Shown: piece after piece, positions 61,201 to 64,000 of the stretch
How positions within the stretch are numbered: the first letter of the stretch is position 1
Layout of the letters: every line of letters begins with the position of its first letter
NCBI RefSeq assembly: GCF_018977255.1
Contig: NW_024704758.1
Span: 2,170,001-2,234,000, forward strand
Length of the DNA stretch: 64,000 nt
Direction of reading: 5' to 3'
Source: Callorhinchus milii
Taxonomy: Eukaryota
The notes under the pieces: model-generated
Told to the model about the DNA's origin: nothing
The model's database searches: none
The model's input: only the letters and a program-made list of their open reading frames with translations
Position numbers and translations under genes: made by a program

Positions 61201-62840
61201 CAGCAGGAGAATCCAGAACCCATTTTGTACATCCTCTGAAGTTGGATCAGTTGACATGCCTGACAAAGCCATCCAATGTACATAGAGCCAAGAAAGAATG
61301 GTCTCTAGAGAAGGCGTAGGCTCCCTGTAGCGTATTGGTTAGCGCAAGGATTATTATTATTAAGGCAGAAACTATTTGTCTGGTATGCATTCTTGGTACG
61401 GATGTTTAGTTAGTCTCCATGTTTCACAAAGCATCTGACGCAGTGTTAGTCATGCTTCCTTCTCGTTTACTCCTTTCCAATGCAATTTGATCGGAGAATG
61501 GACTTATTGGAACTGAGCCAGTAACAACAAAAAACAGCCAGTGCCAGCACAGGCGGAGAGGAGGAAACAATCCTCGATTGATTTGTTTTAGCTGTGACGC
61601 ATTGTATTCCTTATATAGAATAGTGGTAATAAAATGAATGTATAATGAGGGAAGCAGAGGTACTGTTTGGCCCAGGTTATGAACTGACCCCTTCACTCTC
61701 TCTCTTTCTTCCTGCCAGACAGAGAGTCACATTCAGTCAGTCTGCCTTCCAGGCTGCCATACACCTCCCTTGCCTCAAATGCCAACTGCTTTTAGCGCAA
61801 GAGGCTAGTTTACCCCCTTAAAAGAAGCTAAGTTCAGCTTCAAAAGGTTTTCTGCAGAATTGCAGAAAATTCTTAAATTCAGCCCAACCTGGCTCGGCCG
61901 CTAGCATTCTCACCTCGGAGTCAGAAGTTTGTGGATTCAAGTCCCACGTCGAGGCTTTGAACTCACAGTCTAGGCTGCCACTCCAATGCGGTGCTGGGGG
62001 TGGGGGGGGGGGAACACTGCTATGTCAGAGGTGCTGTCCTTCGGATGTGATGTTAAACCGAGGTCCTGTTCGTGTCTGTTCAGGTGGACGTTAAAGATCG
62101 CTAAAGAGGGAGTGTCTCCCTCCCCAGTGTCCTGGCCAACAAACATCCGGACATTATCGTCTAACAAATACGCAGTCCCCACACTTTACAGCAAACCCAG
62201 TGAAGCGCTTTGATACGTCCAACCACAACTTGCATTTATTCAGGCGACTTTCGTGCGAGTCAGAGCCTCGGAGCGCTTAACGGTGGCGGATCCTGACGCC
62301 AACCCCCGGGGGCGGTGGGGCTCGCGGTGGGGGGGAGAGTAACAAGGTGCAATATCAAAATGCAAGGATTATATTTAAAATATCGCATGTAGCTTCAGCG
62401 GTGGGACTTTAAAAGAAGCGCTCACATCTCCATCCCCGCCTCACCCCAATTTTGGGGGCAGAATTAAAAAAATCCGCTGTGTGTGTTTGTGTGTGTGTGT
62501 GTGTGTGGTGGTGGGGGGGGGGCAGAGGGTCTTTAAATTTGAAGGCAAAACGGTTTGCCAGGCTAAGACTAGGTGGAATTTCTAGCCTCAAAATGCTTTG
62601 GTGCTGATGCTCACGCAATCTCGCGCTATTTGCTGGCCCTGCAGAGAGAGAGAGAGAGGGGAGAGGGAGAGAGAGAGAGAGAGACGTGACTGTGAACGTC
62701 GTAGAAGCCATAGAAAATCCTATGTATGAGTTTGTATGGGAGACAGACACACACACAGCCCTCAGACAGAGAGGTAAGAAACGCTGCGGTTGCATTGCCT
62801 CTGTTTGCAGATTGCTAACCCTTTGGCAATGGGTGCAGAT

Positions 62841-62881
62841 CAGAGAGAGAGAGAGAGAGAGAGATCAGAGAGAGAGAGAGA

Positions 62882-62908
<27 letters not shown>
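62841..62908. repeat. (GA)n microsatellite with GATCA interruptions
   Basis: Directly visible. Confidence 0.95.
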
Positions 62909-62912
<4 letters not shown>

Positions 62913-63492
62913 TTCCTCCTGATCACTTAGCGGTTCCCTGAATAAAGCCAAATTGTTAAAATGAAGGGAGTCACAGTCAGAAACGTAAGCGATGAGTGGT
63001 AACCAACACACACTCACACACACTCACACACACACTCACACACACACACACACAGAATATAACCTGGTCATTGCACCAACCAGATATTAATCTTAACTCT
63101 TCTCCATCGAGAGGTTATTGTGCAAATCAGGCAAGTTGGCAGATTGTTTCATTCGACTATAATTTTTTATATATATATATGTGTGTGTATGTGTGTGTGT
63201 ATAAGGTTTATTCTATGAGGAATGTGCGTGAGAGAAAGGGAGACTTGAGGACATCGCCTGAGCTAATTGCTGATGGGGATTATAAATCAGGAAGGTTTGT
63301 GACAGTGTAACTGGAGGTTCAATGAAACCGACGTGTGTTATTGCAAAGTGTATCAAACGGGGAGTGGGGAGTGGGGGAGAGGGGGAGAGGGAGAGATTCC
63401 CACTCAGCCGCCACTCGGTTACTCACACCCTCTTCTGATACATTGTAACCTGACAAATCCGATCCAGTTGCCATTCACAAAAAAAAGAAGTC

Positions 63493-64000
63493 ACACACAC
63501 ACTGACACACACACACACACACACTGACACACACACACACACACTGACTGACACACACACACACACACTGACACACACACACTAACACACACACATACAC
63601 TAACACACACACTGACACACACATACACTGACACACACACTGACACACACACACTGACACACACTGACACACACACACTGACACACACACTAACACATAC
63701 ACTGACACACACACACTAACACACACACTGACACACACACACACACTGACACACCACACACACTAACACACACACATACACTAACACACACACTGACACA
63801 CACACACACTGACACACACATACACTGACACACACACTAACACACACACACACACACTAACACACACACACACACATACATTAACACACACACACTAACA
63901 CACACACACACATACACTGACACATACATACACTGACACACACACACTAACACACACACACTGACACACACACACTGACACACACACACACACACTAACA
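63493..64000. repeat. Compound (CA)n / CACTGA / CACTAA microsatellite running to the window end
   Basis: Directly visible. Confidence 0.97.

Noticed and set aside
63475..63759. Cys/Val-rich ORFs
   Set aside because: Translation of the (CA)n microsatellite.

Overview
Eukaryotic (vertebrate) genomic DNA, not prokaryotic. The repeats (DeuSINE/SacSINE1-like tRNA SINEs, CR1 and L2 LINEs, shark-type fold-back repeats) suggest a cartilaginous fish, possibly a chimaera; this is inference. Two spliced genes lie on the minus strand. (1) PNPLA2/ATGL: 8 coding exons at 50758->39783. The first coding exon (GASAG serine) is not visible, and a ~4 kb 3'UTR is probable. (2) Immediately downstream, a 17-coding-exon gene at 21518->1147 encoding two EF-hands, a coiled coil, a linker, a complete Rab GTPase domain and a -GCC tail (~700 aa). 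By synteny with PNPLA2 this is CRACR2B/EFCAB4A, which in human lacks a Rab domain. The locus appears to encode both a long 'large Rab' form and a short Cys-tailed form made by intron read-through. Exon 7 is 1 nt out of phase: either an assembly error or rescued by a shifted AGAG acceptor. Almost all other ORFs in the track are repeat-derived or spurious. Other structure includes a three-level TE nest with a TSD, a TA-flanked MITE in the PNPLA2 3'UTR, degenerate hammerhead-like Penelope relics and TE tails supplying splice signals.
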